From Amoebophrya sp. A120 (lineage: Eukaryota > Protista > Dinoflagellata), in NCBI GenBank assembly GCA_905178155.1, contig CAJINV010000001.1, forward strand, positions 6,171,860 to 6,235,859: 64,000 bases of DNA, read 5' to 3'. Within the stretch, counting starts at the first letter, position 1. Every line of letters begins with the position of its first letter. The translations under genes and the position numbers were made by a program. Of this stretch, positions 25,612 through 38,959 are shown in pieces. The notes under the pieces were generated by a model. It did not search any database. It was not told where the DNA came from and saw only the letters and a program-made list of their open reading frames with translations.

Positions 25612-26370
25612 ATAAGTACTTAACTAATAAATTCTTTTTTTGGTCGTGGCTTATGATTTTGCGCCCCGAGCGCCGGCCTTTCTCACAACTTGAACATCTG
25701 CAGAGCTTTTCTTTGATGAGCCATGAATTTGGACAAGTCTATCTATCACAAGTTTTTTAAGTGCTCGCGATTCAAATCCTTGTCCTCCATGTAAATGACA
25801 AGTTCATCCGTATAGTTCCTGACGCTGTCACGGTGACAGCGAACCAACGATCTTCGTTTCTCTAGCGCGATCTTTACGATCGTTTCCGAGATCAATGCGC
25901 AATATGATCTTCGAGCCATATGATCCGTAAAATGCCCGAAGTGGTATAATAGTCATTGTAGTCAGTTGCCATGTGTAAGTCTAACTGCATCTAACGACGC
26001 ACGAAAAAAGTGAAAGTAAGTGCATTTTTATGGGGCAGCCAAAGTGCAAATCCGAACCGCGAACGAAATTTCCCTGCGTTTGAAGCTGGATCAGAATTAG
26101 AAGAACTAGAACCATTACAATCTTCGAAACATTAACACGTCCACTGAACCACAGTTGTCACCTTCAAGAATTAGATCTAGATCTAGATAAAGATCTACAT
26201 CTCGAGATAGATCTAGAACTAGATTGTCGAGATAGTACACCGTGTATCGACCGTATCAAAAATCTGGCGACTGCGACATTATGTTGTTTCTGTCCAAGAA
26301 CTGAGCTAGTACCACGCAGTACGACCTAGTAGTACCTAACAAGCACTAGCGACATTCCCAGCTGCCCCTC

Positions 26371-28839
26371 ATGTCCCTCACCTGCTCCCTTTCGGGTCGG
26401 ATTCCCTTCGATCCGTTCGTCGCGCGACCATGCGGGTACCTCTTCGACAAGCAAGCTCTAGAGGAAAAGCTCAAAGAAACCGGCGATCGCTGCCCGATAA
26501 CCGGGTGTGAGATCGAGGCGTTACTTCCGGTCAAAACCGACCACGCGCAGACTCTGCGAACAATACCGGCGGCGAACCTGCCAGGGTTGTTGACCATCAT
26601 GCAAGGCACTTATGAGGAATTGTTGCAGGCAAGCTTCTCGCAGAAACGCGACTTGGACCAGTCCAAGGAACAGTTGGCGCATGTCCTGTATTGCCTAATT
26701 TGATGATTCTCTGTTGCGCCCGTGACATAAGTGAAATAATTTTTTTTGTTCCTCATAGAGGCGTTTCTCAATGCCGACCATAATTTGCGCTGGTGCTTCT
26801 AAACAAGCCACAACTCACATTTACAAAGCATGCCTTCACGCTGACAAAACAGGACTCAACACGACGCCGCGACGCGAACGATTAAGAGAATACTTGGCGA
26901 GCGCGATTTGGCCCGGGAAACTGTGAAATCTCTAGAGGATGCGCTGAAGAATCAACGCAGAAATCTTAGCTCCATCGTTGGCGCCGAGCCAACCGTCGCA
27001 GCCGCGTTCTCACAGCCACTGCCGGAGGAGATCGGTACTGCGAATTATAATACTTACGTACCATGGAAATGACGAAATGACATTACCGACTGCAATTGAT
27101 ATGCATATGGACTTCGCTTTCGCTGCGACTGCGAGTCTCAAACGGGCCCATGTTTGTACGAGTACGGATTATTTGTCATGCGATTTGTGACGATATTTAC
27201 ATCAGTTGCATGCAAAACTTTATCTTTTCTATACCAGGTTTCTCTGACGCCTGGAAGGAGCGTGTTGCCGAACATGACACCGCTTTTTCGAAGAAGAGAA
27301 AAGAGGGTGCTTACAAGGAAGTCCACAAGACGCTCACGCCGTTCGCAACCAACAAGGAGATGCAGAAGTTGTTCTCCTTTTCCGACCGCCACCAGAGCAC
27401 GGCGCCGGGGATATCGGTGTGCGCGCTGAATCCGGCGGACAACAACGAGGTACTCACTGGTGGAGTGGACGGAAATCTGGAAAAATTCAACCTCCAACAA
27501 GCGAGGGACACACAGAAGCCAGAAACGCTGAAGATCGCCGCCCACGAGGCGGCAATAACGTGCTGCGGATTTCACCCCGCGAAAAGCAGCATTTTGGTGT
27601 CCGCCGCAGAGGATTCCGTGGTGAAAATCTGGGGGAAAGATGGTATAGAGTAATTGAAGAATTGAGGGCCACGATCTTCTATGCACCTCCTGCAATTCGA
27701 AAAAACTTACAGTGCTGTATGAAACTTGTTCTCAAACTTGCCAATACCAAATCCGAACGCAACTCAAAACAGCCAACGGGCGATACGGCGAGCATTTCGC
27801 GTCTTCCGCGCGGTTGCACGATGGCGCTGCGATCGCCGATGTGCTGGTCCACCCACTGAACGACCTGATGATTGCCGCTGGCGGCAGAGCAATCTCCTAC
27901 TTCGACATGCACACCGGGCAGTTGCTGCGATGGATAAAAGGGCTCGACGAGGTCGTCGCACAATTCAAAGTGCACCCGAACGGTATTGATTGTTATACGC
28001 GCTAGTTTGATATTTTTTCGTTTTCCTTGGAGTAGTATGCGTCCAAAAATTCATGAAAATCAAAATTGAAAATTGCAATTGCAAACCTGCTCTGAGCTTG
28101 CTGCTTCATGTGTCTACTTCTACTAGATGGACAAGTACAACCGCGCAGAATCTGACAACAACTATGATCACCAGGCAAAGCCGGTATTGCCGCGGTGGGG
28201 CGTCAAATTCAGCTTTGGGATATCGCCCAGGGGACGTACACAAGATCCATGGCGACAAAGGACGACGGCAGTTGCGACGCACACCAAGCGCCAATAACGT
28301 CCGTCGCGGTGAGTCACAATGCCCTTAACATAGTCACCGGTAGCGCCGACGGGGTGGTGCAGTTGTGGGATTTGCGAAAGCAGGAGCACAGCGTCCAAAC
28401 ACACAACTTCTCAGGGGCGATCAACAAGCTCAGGTATCTTGGCTGTTGCGCTTACAATTTTTTTTTTACCGATTGCGCTTGCACTTTGCATTGATAATTA
28501 CTTCGCATGCAGATCGTTTTACATACTACTTACTGCAACATGGGATCCGATCATGATTCTATTCAAAACTCTAACCCCAGGTTCGATCCTGCGGGTCAGT
28601 ACCTGGGCGTCGCGCACGGCGAAGGCGACCTGGACATCTACCACTTCGAATCGAAAACCTCCTTGGGCAGCATCGTCGGCTTCCAGCAGGCGCACGCGAG
28701 CACGTGTACGGACATCCTGTTCGCCGACCGAGCGAAATTCGCCGTATCCGTCGGCATGGACCGGTGCGTTAACTTCTACCAGGCACCGGAACTCGCCGGT
28801 TACTTCGAAGAACCGGACGCAAAACGTCAGCGTGTCTAG
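26371..28839 (+). CDS. PRP19: Pre-mRNA-processing factor 19 (U-box, coiled coil, WD40; ~543 aa; exons 26371-26687, 26853-27034, 27238-27642, 27773-27982, 28175-28433, 28581-28839)
   Basis: U-box CSLSG...GYLFDK...CPITG; LAHVLTQHDAATRTI Prp19 motif across intron 1; WD40 repeats (SAAEDSVVKIW, TGSADGVVQLWDLRK, SVGMDRCVNFY); five GT-AG introns in frame. Confidence 0.92.
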
Positions 28840-29712
28840 ATGGGTACTAAGGCAGTGTCAGGAAGGCGGGTGCGTGGAGGTGCTGCTTGTTCTAGAAGAC
28901 GTCGAAGTCGGCCGCGTCCGTAAAGTAGACTCCACGACCACGACTTTGTTTCGGCGACGTTAATTCGAAAATGTATCATAAGCAATCTGGAGAAGTACCA
29001 GGCAGCTTTCCTAGATTGCTTTGGATATGTTTTCAACAGCTGGTTCTGCTTCTGTATACTGATTATGCTCAAAGTGGAAAACACTCATGAATATTTATGA
29101 ATTTTCGACGACTTGAGTATCATGGTGTCACAGTGACCGAGGCACCACTGGGAGAACTTTGTGTCACTGTGGAACTTGTTGCGAGCTGGTGGCCTTCGTG
29201 CTTCTAGTGCGCATTTTTCCAAGAACGGCAGCCGAAAGCAAAATTTACTACAGTGGAAGAAGATACAAAGTATGAGCTGCAGACTTACGGGGGAATAAAA
29301 ACGACTCTACTGGCCGCGGGCTCGTAGTCTGTTTCTGCTCGTCTTTGGTAAGTATAGCTTTTTTGCGCGTGGTGTTCCTGCAGTCGATCTGGTGATCTGA
29401 GTATGAGGTATAACCAAACGAACCTTGACTGAGGAAGGAAGGCATAGGGGCACGAGCTCGAGCAGAAAGCATTCGATGTGAGACATCCTGGGTGATGAGA
29501 GTGAGAAGCTTGTCCAAAGTTGAAAAGCGAAACGCCGCGAATTTTAGTTGCTGCGGGACCTGGCTACAGCCCAAAATTGTTTCTCGAAACTAGTAGATGT
29601 AGATGGGAAAACATCCACTGGAACTCGACCTAGCATTTGGTATACCACTACCACATCAAGAGCAGCTTTATGTACGAGATACGTAGTTAGAGATCGATAA
29701 GGAGTAGAAAAT

Positions 29713-32681
29713 ATGGCGTCCTTTTCGGAAGATGACGATTTTTCTGTGGGCGATGGCGAAGAGACGCCATTCACGTTCACAGCAGCCGGCGCGAGGCCCA
29801 GTGCTACATTCCGCTCGTTGGCGTCCCTTGACGGGACTTCGGGAAACACGAGCGCACTGCATTGTGCTGCAAGCGCGGACGCGTTACCTGCGAATCCTGG
29901 CAACCTCATCTCTGCTTCAGTTTTTTCTGCCGCGGTTCCGGGAGCAGGAATTGAACAACGAGAGCAAGCTGTGGATTCTTCATTGGTGCCGCGACTGCTG
30001 CCGCCCCGACCTGTGACCATTGCGCCGATTACCGCCCCCGCGATTGGTACATCACAGCAGTTGAGACCGCCGGTTGTACGTCTGGCATCCTCGCCGGCCG
30101 GAGGAGTACTTGGGCACTCGTCGGGATACCGCAACAATTTCGCAGCCTCGTCTCCGGGTCCCGGTTTTCCGCCAGACACTTTGGAATTCAGTGTGTCTCC
30201 TGGGCCAAATAACGAAGTCTCGCAGTCACATGTCGTGCCGCCGTCCTCCAGTGCGGGTTCGACCCCTTTGCAAGAGATGGAGATCCAAGTGCAGCAGTCG
30301 AAAACGTCGTCTGAAAATTCGGCGAAGCCCCCGAAACTTCTGCTTGCCTCACCCATGGTGTTCCGGAGTGTGGACAAGCAGAGTCCGCCGAGCGCCATGA
30401 GCAGCAGTGTGGCGGTGTCGTCCGCTGGAAAAATGAAGAAACCCGCCTACACGACAACCGGAAAGCTGGTCGTGGAAATGCCGCCACTGCACGTAGCGCT
30501 GGGTGGGATGCCTCCTGTGAACGCTGCAGCAACCAGCTCCTCTTCGAGAAGCAAAAGCACGCCGTCGCCAGGCGTAGGTGGTGCTGCTTTTTTACCGGTG
30601 TTTGGAGCTGTTCCTTCGCCAGGTGTTGAAGGGGCAAATCCAAATGTGCTTCACTCCGACCTCATGTCGTCGATCCACCCGAGCCCGGGCCCATCACCAG
30701 CGAAACCAGTCGGTGCCGGCCACCCGTTAGAGCATCAGTCGCATCAAATAATGCCGCCCCCGAGCCCCCCGGTTTTCGTCACGCGGTCCAAGCCCACCTC
30801 CACGTCGTCAAGGCTTGGGACGCCCCTGGAACTGAGCACATCCGGAAATAGAAACCCAATGGTGCGAGGGTCGCCGCTCTGGAATACTAACGCAGGCGGG
30901 TTGCTGCAGCGTCCACCGTTGCAGGCACTCTCTTCCCCAATTGCTGCATCACCCTTGCTTTTCATGCCCGAGCCACCGGAGTTGCTGGGAACTTCTGCGG
31001 CCGAGAATTCCTCCGCATCTCCTCGGGGTGAAACTGCAAAGCCTTCAGCACCGCCAATGTCGGGAGCGACATCTTCTTCATCACCTCCCATGGTCGTTGA
31101 TCTCGAAGATGCACATCATGCGGTAGCGAAAATCAAACCGAAAAGGCCGTCCGCGGCAAGCAAAGGTGGAAATCAAGCTGCGAACGCCCCATCAAACAAC
31201 TCCGCAACTGTGTCTACGACAGCGGAACAAGCGCAACAAGGGCAAGCGAAAACTGGCGATGCTTCCAGCTCGCCGTCTGCAGTTGAACCAGCGCTAGGAG
31301 AAAGGGAGAATTCTGCCGCAGCGCCGCGCGCAAAAAGCCTGAACGTCGTTGCCATCGGAGGTTTTACGCTGGGCACCGCAAATTTCTCAGCCGGCCAACA
31401 AGAAAAAAAACCGATCACATCAGATCGACCTTCGGATCGTGTTTCACTCGCCTCCGGCTCCCCACCCGCACCGAGTGGCATCGCTCCAGCTGCTGTTGAT
31501 GCTAGTGGAATAGAAAACAAAAAAGGCACCGCTGGCTCGCCCAATGTTCTCACGCCCGTAAACTTGAACAATGCTTTTGTGACATCCGCACTGGCACTAA
31601 ACACTGGCGGGTCCACTTCTGCCACGGGAGCTCAGCACCGCGCCATGCTCTCTGCGTCGCCAGCTTTACCGCCAGAGAGACGATTGAACGAGGCCAGCAG
31701 CACCTATGCCACCAACGCCAAGTACCTCATCGACTACATCGGGGATCGGTCGCCGCAAAACCAAAATCGGAGCGCTAGTATCACGGCACCGGTGAACATC
31801 TTCAGTTCCGGGGGCCTAAAAAAACCGGCCGGTATCGTGTTTCCCGAGTATCACACCGCGGCAAATGCGTCGAAGCTGCAAGCCTACCCGTTTCACTCCT
31901 CCACCGCAGTTGTGCCTGGCACCGTCGCACTGCCAGGAGAGGAAGTGTTGCAGCAGGTGGCTGCGGCGTCGGCCGAGCGACGTGGGCAGGGTGGTCTTAA
32001 CATCAAGAATACCGTGATGAAAATGCCGTCGCCGGTGCTCGGAGGGAACGTCATGGCGGATGGAATCACCACAGGACACGGTTCGCACCAGCACCCGCAT
32101 GTGCAGTACGACCTGGCGCTTTCACGGACTAAACCGGACCAGTTTATTTCTCGAAGTTCAGGGAGCGCGGGCGCGGCGCAGCAGAATTCCGTGGGCAGCA
32201 GATCTAGTGTGCGATCAGGCGGGGTGAGGAATTCGGTTTCCTCGTGGACAGCGAACGAGAAAGCGAAATACCGAGACACGCTTCTGGAGCGCATCGACAA
32301 GTTGAGAAGTTCGGCCCAGAGTGTAGCAAAACACCAAAACCAGATGATAAGGAAGGAAGAGCGACGGGCGCTGGTAAACACGAAAGTTTGTGACTTCTTG
32401 TTCACGAGGACCCATTGTGTGACACCGTGCGTAGTTTTATCTGAAAGAAAGTGAAGCCTTCAAGTGTCACAGCATTGAGTAGTTCAGTTGACAGGAAGAG
32501 GAACGCGTGCGTTTTAGTTTCTGCTTCTTCTACATGCGCTTGCGCTAAGGGTTGTGAGCATTTGTTTTGTATCTTTCAGGTCACCACGAAGACCGGGAAG
32601 CAGCAGCTGCAGGAGCAATACAATGCAACGCTTCGATCCATCGAGCTGCGGCGCGAGGCACTTCTGCAGAAGATTTCGTAA
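29713..32681 (+). CDS. S/P/A-rich disordered protein with C-terminal coiled coil, unknown function (exons 29713-32385, 32580-32681)
   Basis: 913-codon ORF; phase-0 GT-AG intron 32386-32579 continues the coiled coil. Confidence 0.7.
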
Positions 32682-33723
32682 GGGGTCGGCGATACGCTGG
32701 CACAACGAGAAGATATCGCTGCTTCTAATCATGGATTGGTGAACCTATCATGACGCTTGCTGGGTTTTTTTTCTAATGTCTTAGGGACAAAGAGGTAGCG
32801 CTGTCTTGTCCTCCGCACCGGGATCGGCTACAGAAGAAGATGAAGACCAGTTTCTTGATGCATACTGTAAACACAACATGCAGAACGGACTCGTATTTTG
32901 ATTTTTCGAGATGAAGTACGAACTGATGGTGATGTTCAGTGAGTAGCACTGACATTGCATCAATTGATTTTTGTTGCTCTTGTTCAATGAGTTTGGCTTT
33001 AGGGCAGGGGCGGTGGCACAAAAAATGGCGGGATCTTTTCAGCGAATGGGGGTGGAGATTGTATTTATGATACGTAAGTACTTCTGCCGAGCTCCTCGAG
33101 GGGAGCGCGCACCATCCTTGACACCCACACACGCACATAAAGTAGAACTCCAGAAAAAACAAGTTGTAAAGATTTTCTGAAATGGAAATGCTGCTGGAGC
33201 AAGCAAGTGAGAGTTGCGCAGTGATGAGGGCCACGCGACAAGATACCAATAGAGAATACATACCAACATGACGAAAAAAGGCACTTTAGTCACCGCTGAG
33301 AAATCACCTTCCAAGGCGCTGGCTGTTGGCGCTAGTTTGTGAATCAAGCTTCACTAGAAGTACTTCTTCTTTTACCCGATGAGACTGAGAGGACGTGCTG
33401 TTGCGCTTAAGGTCGACAGACACAAAGGGAACAAAAAGCATCTCCTGTTTGATTGTCGTCTTTAGCCTATATCCAAAAACAGTATAGGGATCAACATCAT
33501 GATAGGCGAGGTTACGGCGCAAATGAAAGAAGAACTTTAGTTGTAGACACCCTGCTGCGTGTGCTTCTCCCATGTGCCCGATACGGAGTGGGGTCCTTCT
33601 TCAATTTCGATCGCCCCCACGGCGCGCGGTGCCGGTAGTGCGATTGAGCAGAACTCTGGTCTGAGTCACACGTGAACTGGACGAATCGCAGCCTCATTTT
33701 GATCCTCCACCTCCCGCCAGGCC

Positions 33724-35427
33724 ATGGTGAGCTCCTCTCCGGATCATGCCTTGCTCCTCCCGAGGGGAGTGCCGCCCCCGTCGGGGGTGAAAGGGAAAAA
33801 CGGATCATCTTCGCTGCCCGAGTTTAAGTTCTCGCCCGAGGCGCGCACCGCGTTTTACACCATCGCGAGTTTCGTCGTCAGCATGGCACTGGTCCACATC
33901 ACGAAGTGGATTTACGTGGAGCACCACTTCAAATACCCGCTCTGGCTGACGGTGTCACACATGGTGACCAGTTACATCATGGCGGTCGTGCTCATTTTCG
34001 GCTTCGACTGGGTTCCGAACCGCCGGCGCGTCAGCTTTTACGACCAGCTGTTTCTAATCGCGCCGTTCTCCTTTCTCGGCGCGGCCTCGATCGGGTGCGG
34101 CAACATTTCACTCGTGCACCTGTACCCGAGCTTCCACCAGATGCTGCAAAACACGTCGCCGCTGTGGACGTTCGCCTGCTCCGTGCTGTTCTTCGGGAAA
34201 CAGTACAATGGCGCTGCGTACTGGTCGCTGATACCTGTCTGTCTCGGCGGAGCACTTACGGCCTGGGGAGAGGCGTCCGCATTTGCTTGGGTATAGTGCA
34301 GCTGGTCTAGAGCGAGTTTTCTTTACCCTAGTACGCTTTTTGTTTACCGAGTTTCTCGACGGAGGTTCACTATGAGCATGTCTCTACGTCTTCATCAATA
34401 TTTCGTCTCAGTGACTAATCATGCGGCTCGCGCTATTAAAATCCTGATACCGAACCCGATCTCAAAAAAATATAAAACTGCTCATTCTGCATCTTATCTT
34501 TATCAGCTCGGGGTGATCATGTCGCTGAGTGCCAGCCTGCTGCGCGCTCTCCGCGGTTGCGTCCAGTCTACCCTGATGAACGGAAAAGCGCCCATTGATT
34601 CCATCACTCTGATTTTCTACGCCACGCCTTTCAACATGGTGATTTTTCTGCTCGGGTCTGCGATTTTCGAGGGCGAAGCACCGTGGCGGGAGATCCGCGA
34701 CGTGTCCTCCGAGGGCGTGCTGTGGATTTTCACCGCGAGCATGTTTGCCGCGCTTTTCAACTTGTTCGGGTTTCTGCTAGTGGGACAGCTCGGCGCGGTC
34801 GGCAGCATGGTGATCGGGAATTTAAAAACACCGACCACGATCGTCACCTGCTACCTGATTTTTGGCAACCAGATCAGCTCGATTCAGGTGTTGGGGTTTT
34901 CCGTCGCGGCAATCGGGGCTTACATCTACACCGTACACGGTAAGGAGGAGGACAAAGAGCTACAAATCTACATGCCCGTGGAAAAGCTGCAACTTGACGA
35001 TAATCAGCGGGATTTGGAAGCAGGAGGACATAACGTATTGATAAACAACCAGCACGGTGCTTGTTCGCCATCACCAAGCGATGAGGTAACCGTGTTTCAC
35101 GCTGGTAATGTCGGAGGTCCGACACCGAAGAAATTTGCTTCCCGGAACGCCGCGAGGATTTCGAACACGACCACTACAGCTGGGGGAAATACAAGCACAT
35201 CATCTAGTTCCTCGTCCAGCGATGAGGGTGGACTCGGGGCGAGTAGTGATAAAGGTTCCATCGACGAGGAGTCTGTGCCCGCAACAGAGCATGAAGACGA
35301 AGATGGCCGTGCTGAGGAGTCTGCGCCTTTGAACGGAAATCGTGATATTAACGGGGATCAGAGGAATACGAATACTAACGGGCCAACCAACTACCACGCC
35401 ACCGGAAGCACGTGGATGGTTGTGTAA
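33724..35427 (+). CDS. Triose-phosphate/nucleotide-sugar transporter family (DMT, SLC35E-like; exons 33724-34290, 34507-35427)
   Basis: KWIYVEHHFKYPLWLTVSHM, GNISLVHLYPSFHQML, VIGNLKT; about ten hydrophobic segments; GT-AG intron 34291-34506. Confidence 0.88.
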
Positions 35428-36434
35428 CTTTGCACTAGTTGTGCATGTGGAGAGATTTTTATGCCCTCATGATCTCAGCAACTTGTTATGGACACGGTTC
35501 GTTTTTCATTCTGTCCACCTCGTTTTCATGAAACAGAGGGTGGAATAATGAGTCACGGCACGATGTCATTGTCAATGATTTTGTGATTTTTTCCACGATA
35601 AGGATATAGCAATTTTTATTTCAAAAAAGAAGCAGCAAATCTGCAGGTTGTCGTGCGACGGGCTATCCGTGACCAGTGCAGCCGAAAAAAAAGCAAGTAC
35701 TTAAAAGCTCGCGCTCTGGTTGTGTTTCTTTCTGAATAGGAAAAGAAAGCCGATCTGTGCTTCTCCAATATAATCGGACACTGAAGAACACACCAATTCG
35801 GTTCGACCTTAATATTTGTTGCATTTCATCTACAACGTGATGCTTGACAAAGGACGACACACGATTTACACAACGAGCACATCGGTTGAAAATGTTGACC
35901 TACGTCAAACTACATCGTCGGTCTCCCTTTCAGGAGCCTAGGCTCCACGACTGAATATCTCGGTTGTTACGCAGTTGTAGACAGAACAAGGAACATGACC
36001 TGACAACTTTCGGTATTCCTCCTTCGGCTTGTCCTTGTGCGCAATTAGTTTCTCTTCGTGCAAGAAAAAGTCCCGCATTCGTAATCCGAGTCACATACTA
36101 CACATTTTGACAGGCTCCTCATTCAACACACTCTTTTATCATTTTGACATACAATTACAAATAGTTTTTCAATGAATTTCAATTATACCAACATGATCGA
36201 CATGTTTTTCTTAGCTCCGCCGGACCAAATTGAGGCGGTTGGTATTGGCGTGGTTGCGATTGTGTGAGTAGCAACATAATTTAAATTTTTGAAAAATTGC
36301 TGTTTGCCATTTTCATTTTGGTCTTTATTCCAATTTCAATTTTATTTCCCCGTCCTGCGCAGCTCTACTACTACTAGACCTTTCTGAATCTTCCTGCTTG
36401 TTCCTCTTGAAACCACCACCACGCTACCAGCAGC

Positions 36435-38959
36435 ATGGCGACGACGGGTCGGTTGAAGAAGCACATCCACTACGGGGACATTCCCGAGATGGAGTTTGAT
36501 GTGATCCAGGAGTACGAAAACGAGTACGACGAGCTTCTTCTGAAGCTCGGGTCCCGGATCTCCCGGCTCTGCATGGGCGGGGTCCACAGCTCCCACCGCC
36601 GCAAGGGGTTGATGGACAAGGTGAACAAGGTGATCGGCGAAATCGGGCACCTGCTCTCCAAGTGGCTCCGCCGCGACAAGTCGCACAACGGCCTCGTGCG
36701 GAGTATGGTGGCCGACAACTTTTACCGCCTAGCCCGGCTCTTCGCCGTGCTGGAGCAGCACTACTCGCTGGCGCGCCTGGCGGCGTCCCGGATCGCCCGC
36801 GACGTCTACATAAACGACCCCGTCGTGTTGGACTGCCGCATTTACGCACAGGAAGTCTTGAAGGCAGTGGAGTGGAAACACAAGGACGACTTGAATTTCA
36901 GGGATGCGGTCAAGGGCCAACTGAAAGTACTGTTTTACGCGTCTCGAGTTTCTAAAATTTAAATTTACCCTCGCGATTAAAAGTTTTTTGTACATTTCTC
37001 CGTTTTGCCTGTGATGTAAGTTGGTTCAAGAACAACTCCTGCCACTAGCAGATGTGCAAGTCGTAATTTCATCAACATCAACTACACTCGACTACAAACA
37101 AAATTCAGATTCTGAAGAAGGAGCAAGTTGATGGCCCGGGCTCCTACGTGGAGCCGGAGAAGGTGCTAAAGAGGACCACGATCAAGGAAATGTCGCTTTT
37201 TCGAACGCGCGAGGAGCGGAAGAAGTCGATTTACGTTTCGGAACGTGACAAGAAGACCAAAAGAAGCGGGGATCCCTCGTCTAACGGGGATTTTACGGGT
37301 GGTTCCGGGATCGAGACGGAGGGCGCCGCACTATTTCGGGATCAGCACAACGCGGAGAAGGAAAAGAGAAGAAGGGAGCGCGAGAGGCTGGAGGCGGCCG
37401 CGCGGGAGGCGCAGGAGGAGCTTGACCGGGAAAAGGCGGCGGCGGAAGCGCGATACGAGATGCAGCTGAAGGCAGAGCAGCAAGAGATGGACATTTTGAA
37501 CCGCGCTTCCCAGGCGCAAAAGGAGAGGTCGAGCAGGCCGTCGGCTGCAGCCGCGGCCGGTCGTAAAACCGCGGAGGACGCGCCGAAGGGGCGCAACTTC
37601 GAAGTCACGGGGGAGGGTTATTTTTTGACGGGCCCGTCGGAGCAGAAGAAACGGAAAACGGATATATCGCCCACGGCCCACAAAGGCTTTGACCCCGGGA
37701 GGCTGATCCAGGGCGCCGAGAAGCTCCAGGGTCGCGAGGGCCGGTTGCAGCAGTTACACAACGAGCACCTGTACGGGGCACAGATCCCGCTTTCACCCAT
37801 GGGGTTCCAGATGCAGCAGCAGGGCGGCAACCTGGGCCTGGTCCACCGGATGTCCCAGCTGCCGCCGCGGGTGTCCTGCCAGGCCATGGCGCGGTTGTCC
37901 CAGCGGGAAGCCGGCGCGCAGCGCGGTGCTGGTGCAGCCACGGGCGCTGTGGAATTTGAACCGACGGTGCGTCCCTCGGCGATGGGTGTCCGCCCTTCCC
38001 AGGCTCCGCGGCCGTCCGCGGTTGCCGCCATCCCGCCCATTACCATGATGGCCGAGAACGGCGCGATGGGGTGCACCACCAGTGACGGTGTGGGCATCGG
38101 AATCAGCGCCAAAGCGCAGGAAGTCGCAATCGTGGACGCCGACGGGGACACGGTCCACGACCCCGAGCAGCGGGTGGACTGCCTGCAACAGGCCCTGGAA
38201 GAGACCAATCAGCACGCCGCAGCCGTGGAGGAGCAAGCAGCCGCGGCTGCCGGCGCGCAGGGCGGACCTGCAAGTGCGAACGCCTCGGCCGCTGGAAATG
38301 TCGCCTCGGCCGCTGGCGATGCGTCAGGCACCTCGAGTGGTCCGGTACCCTCTCCGATAGACGGTGCGCTGGCCTCAGCCTCCGCGTCCGCGGGGGCTTA
38401 CAATACCAGTTCCGGCGGACGGGCAGCGTACAACAACAGTTCTGCGGGAAAGGCCGCCTACACGACCAATTCTCCCGCTCCTGGTTCCCCGAACGCCACG
38501 CCCGCGCCGACAGGCGGGGAGTGGACCAAGAACGGATACGATCCGGGTGCGGATTTCAAGAACGAGAAAACGGTGCAGAAACCCGTCGCCGGGAGGCTCG
38601 ACCCGTCGAGGAAACCCGGGGAGACGGGGGAGCTACTGACCCCACAGGACTGGAAAAACCAGAACAAGAAGAATCTCGGCGGTGGGGGTAACGTCGTCAG
38701 CGCCGGCGATGCCCCGGCAAACATCGCGGCTGGAGCGTTTTACAAGGACGCAAATGGCAAGTGGGTCCGAAAGCAGGCCCCGAAGCCGCAGAAAGCGGAC
38801 TTCCGGGCGTTCGTACCGGGTGCAGACAATGCGGAACCAGAGGAAAGCACTCCGGCCGCCGCCGAGGAAACGCCGGCAGCACCGGCAGAGGAAGCTGCTG
38901 CCCCACCGGCAGAAGAAGCTGCTGCTCCACCGGCAGAAGAAGCTGCAGAAGCGAGTTAG
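36435..38959 (+). CDS. Unknown protein: N-terminal helical 'NFYRL' domain, coiled coil, low-complexity tail (exons 36435-36926, 37109-38959)
   Basis: Phase-0 GT-AG intron 36927-37108 joins ORFs 36435 and 37148; strong GC3 coding bias. Confidence 0.75.
38881..38946 (+). repeat. 24-bp coding tandem repeat (PAEEAAAP), about 2.7 copies
   Basis: accggcagaggaagctgctgcccc / accggcagaagaagctgctgctcc / accggcagaagaagctgc. Confidence 0.85.
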
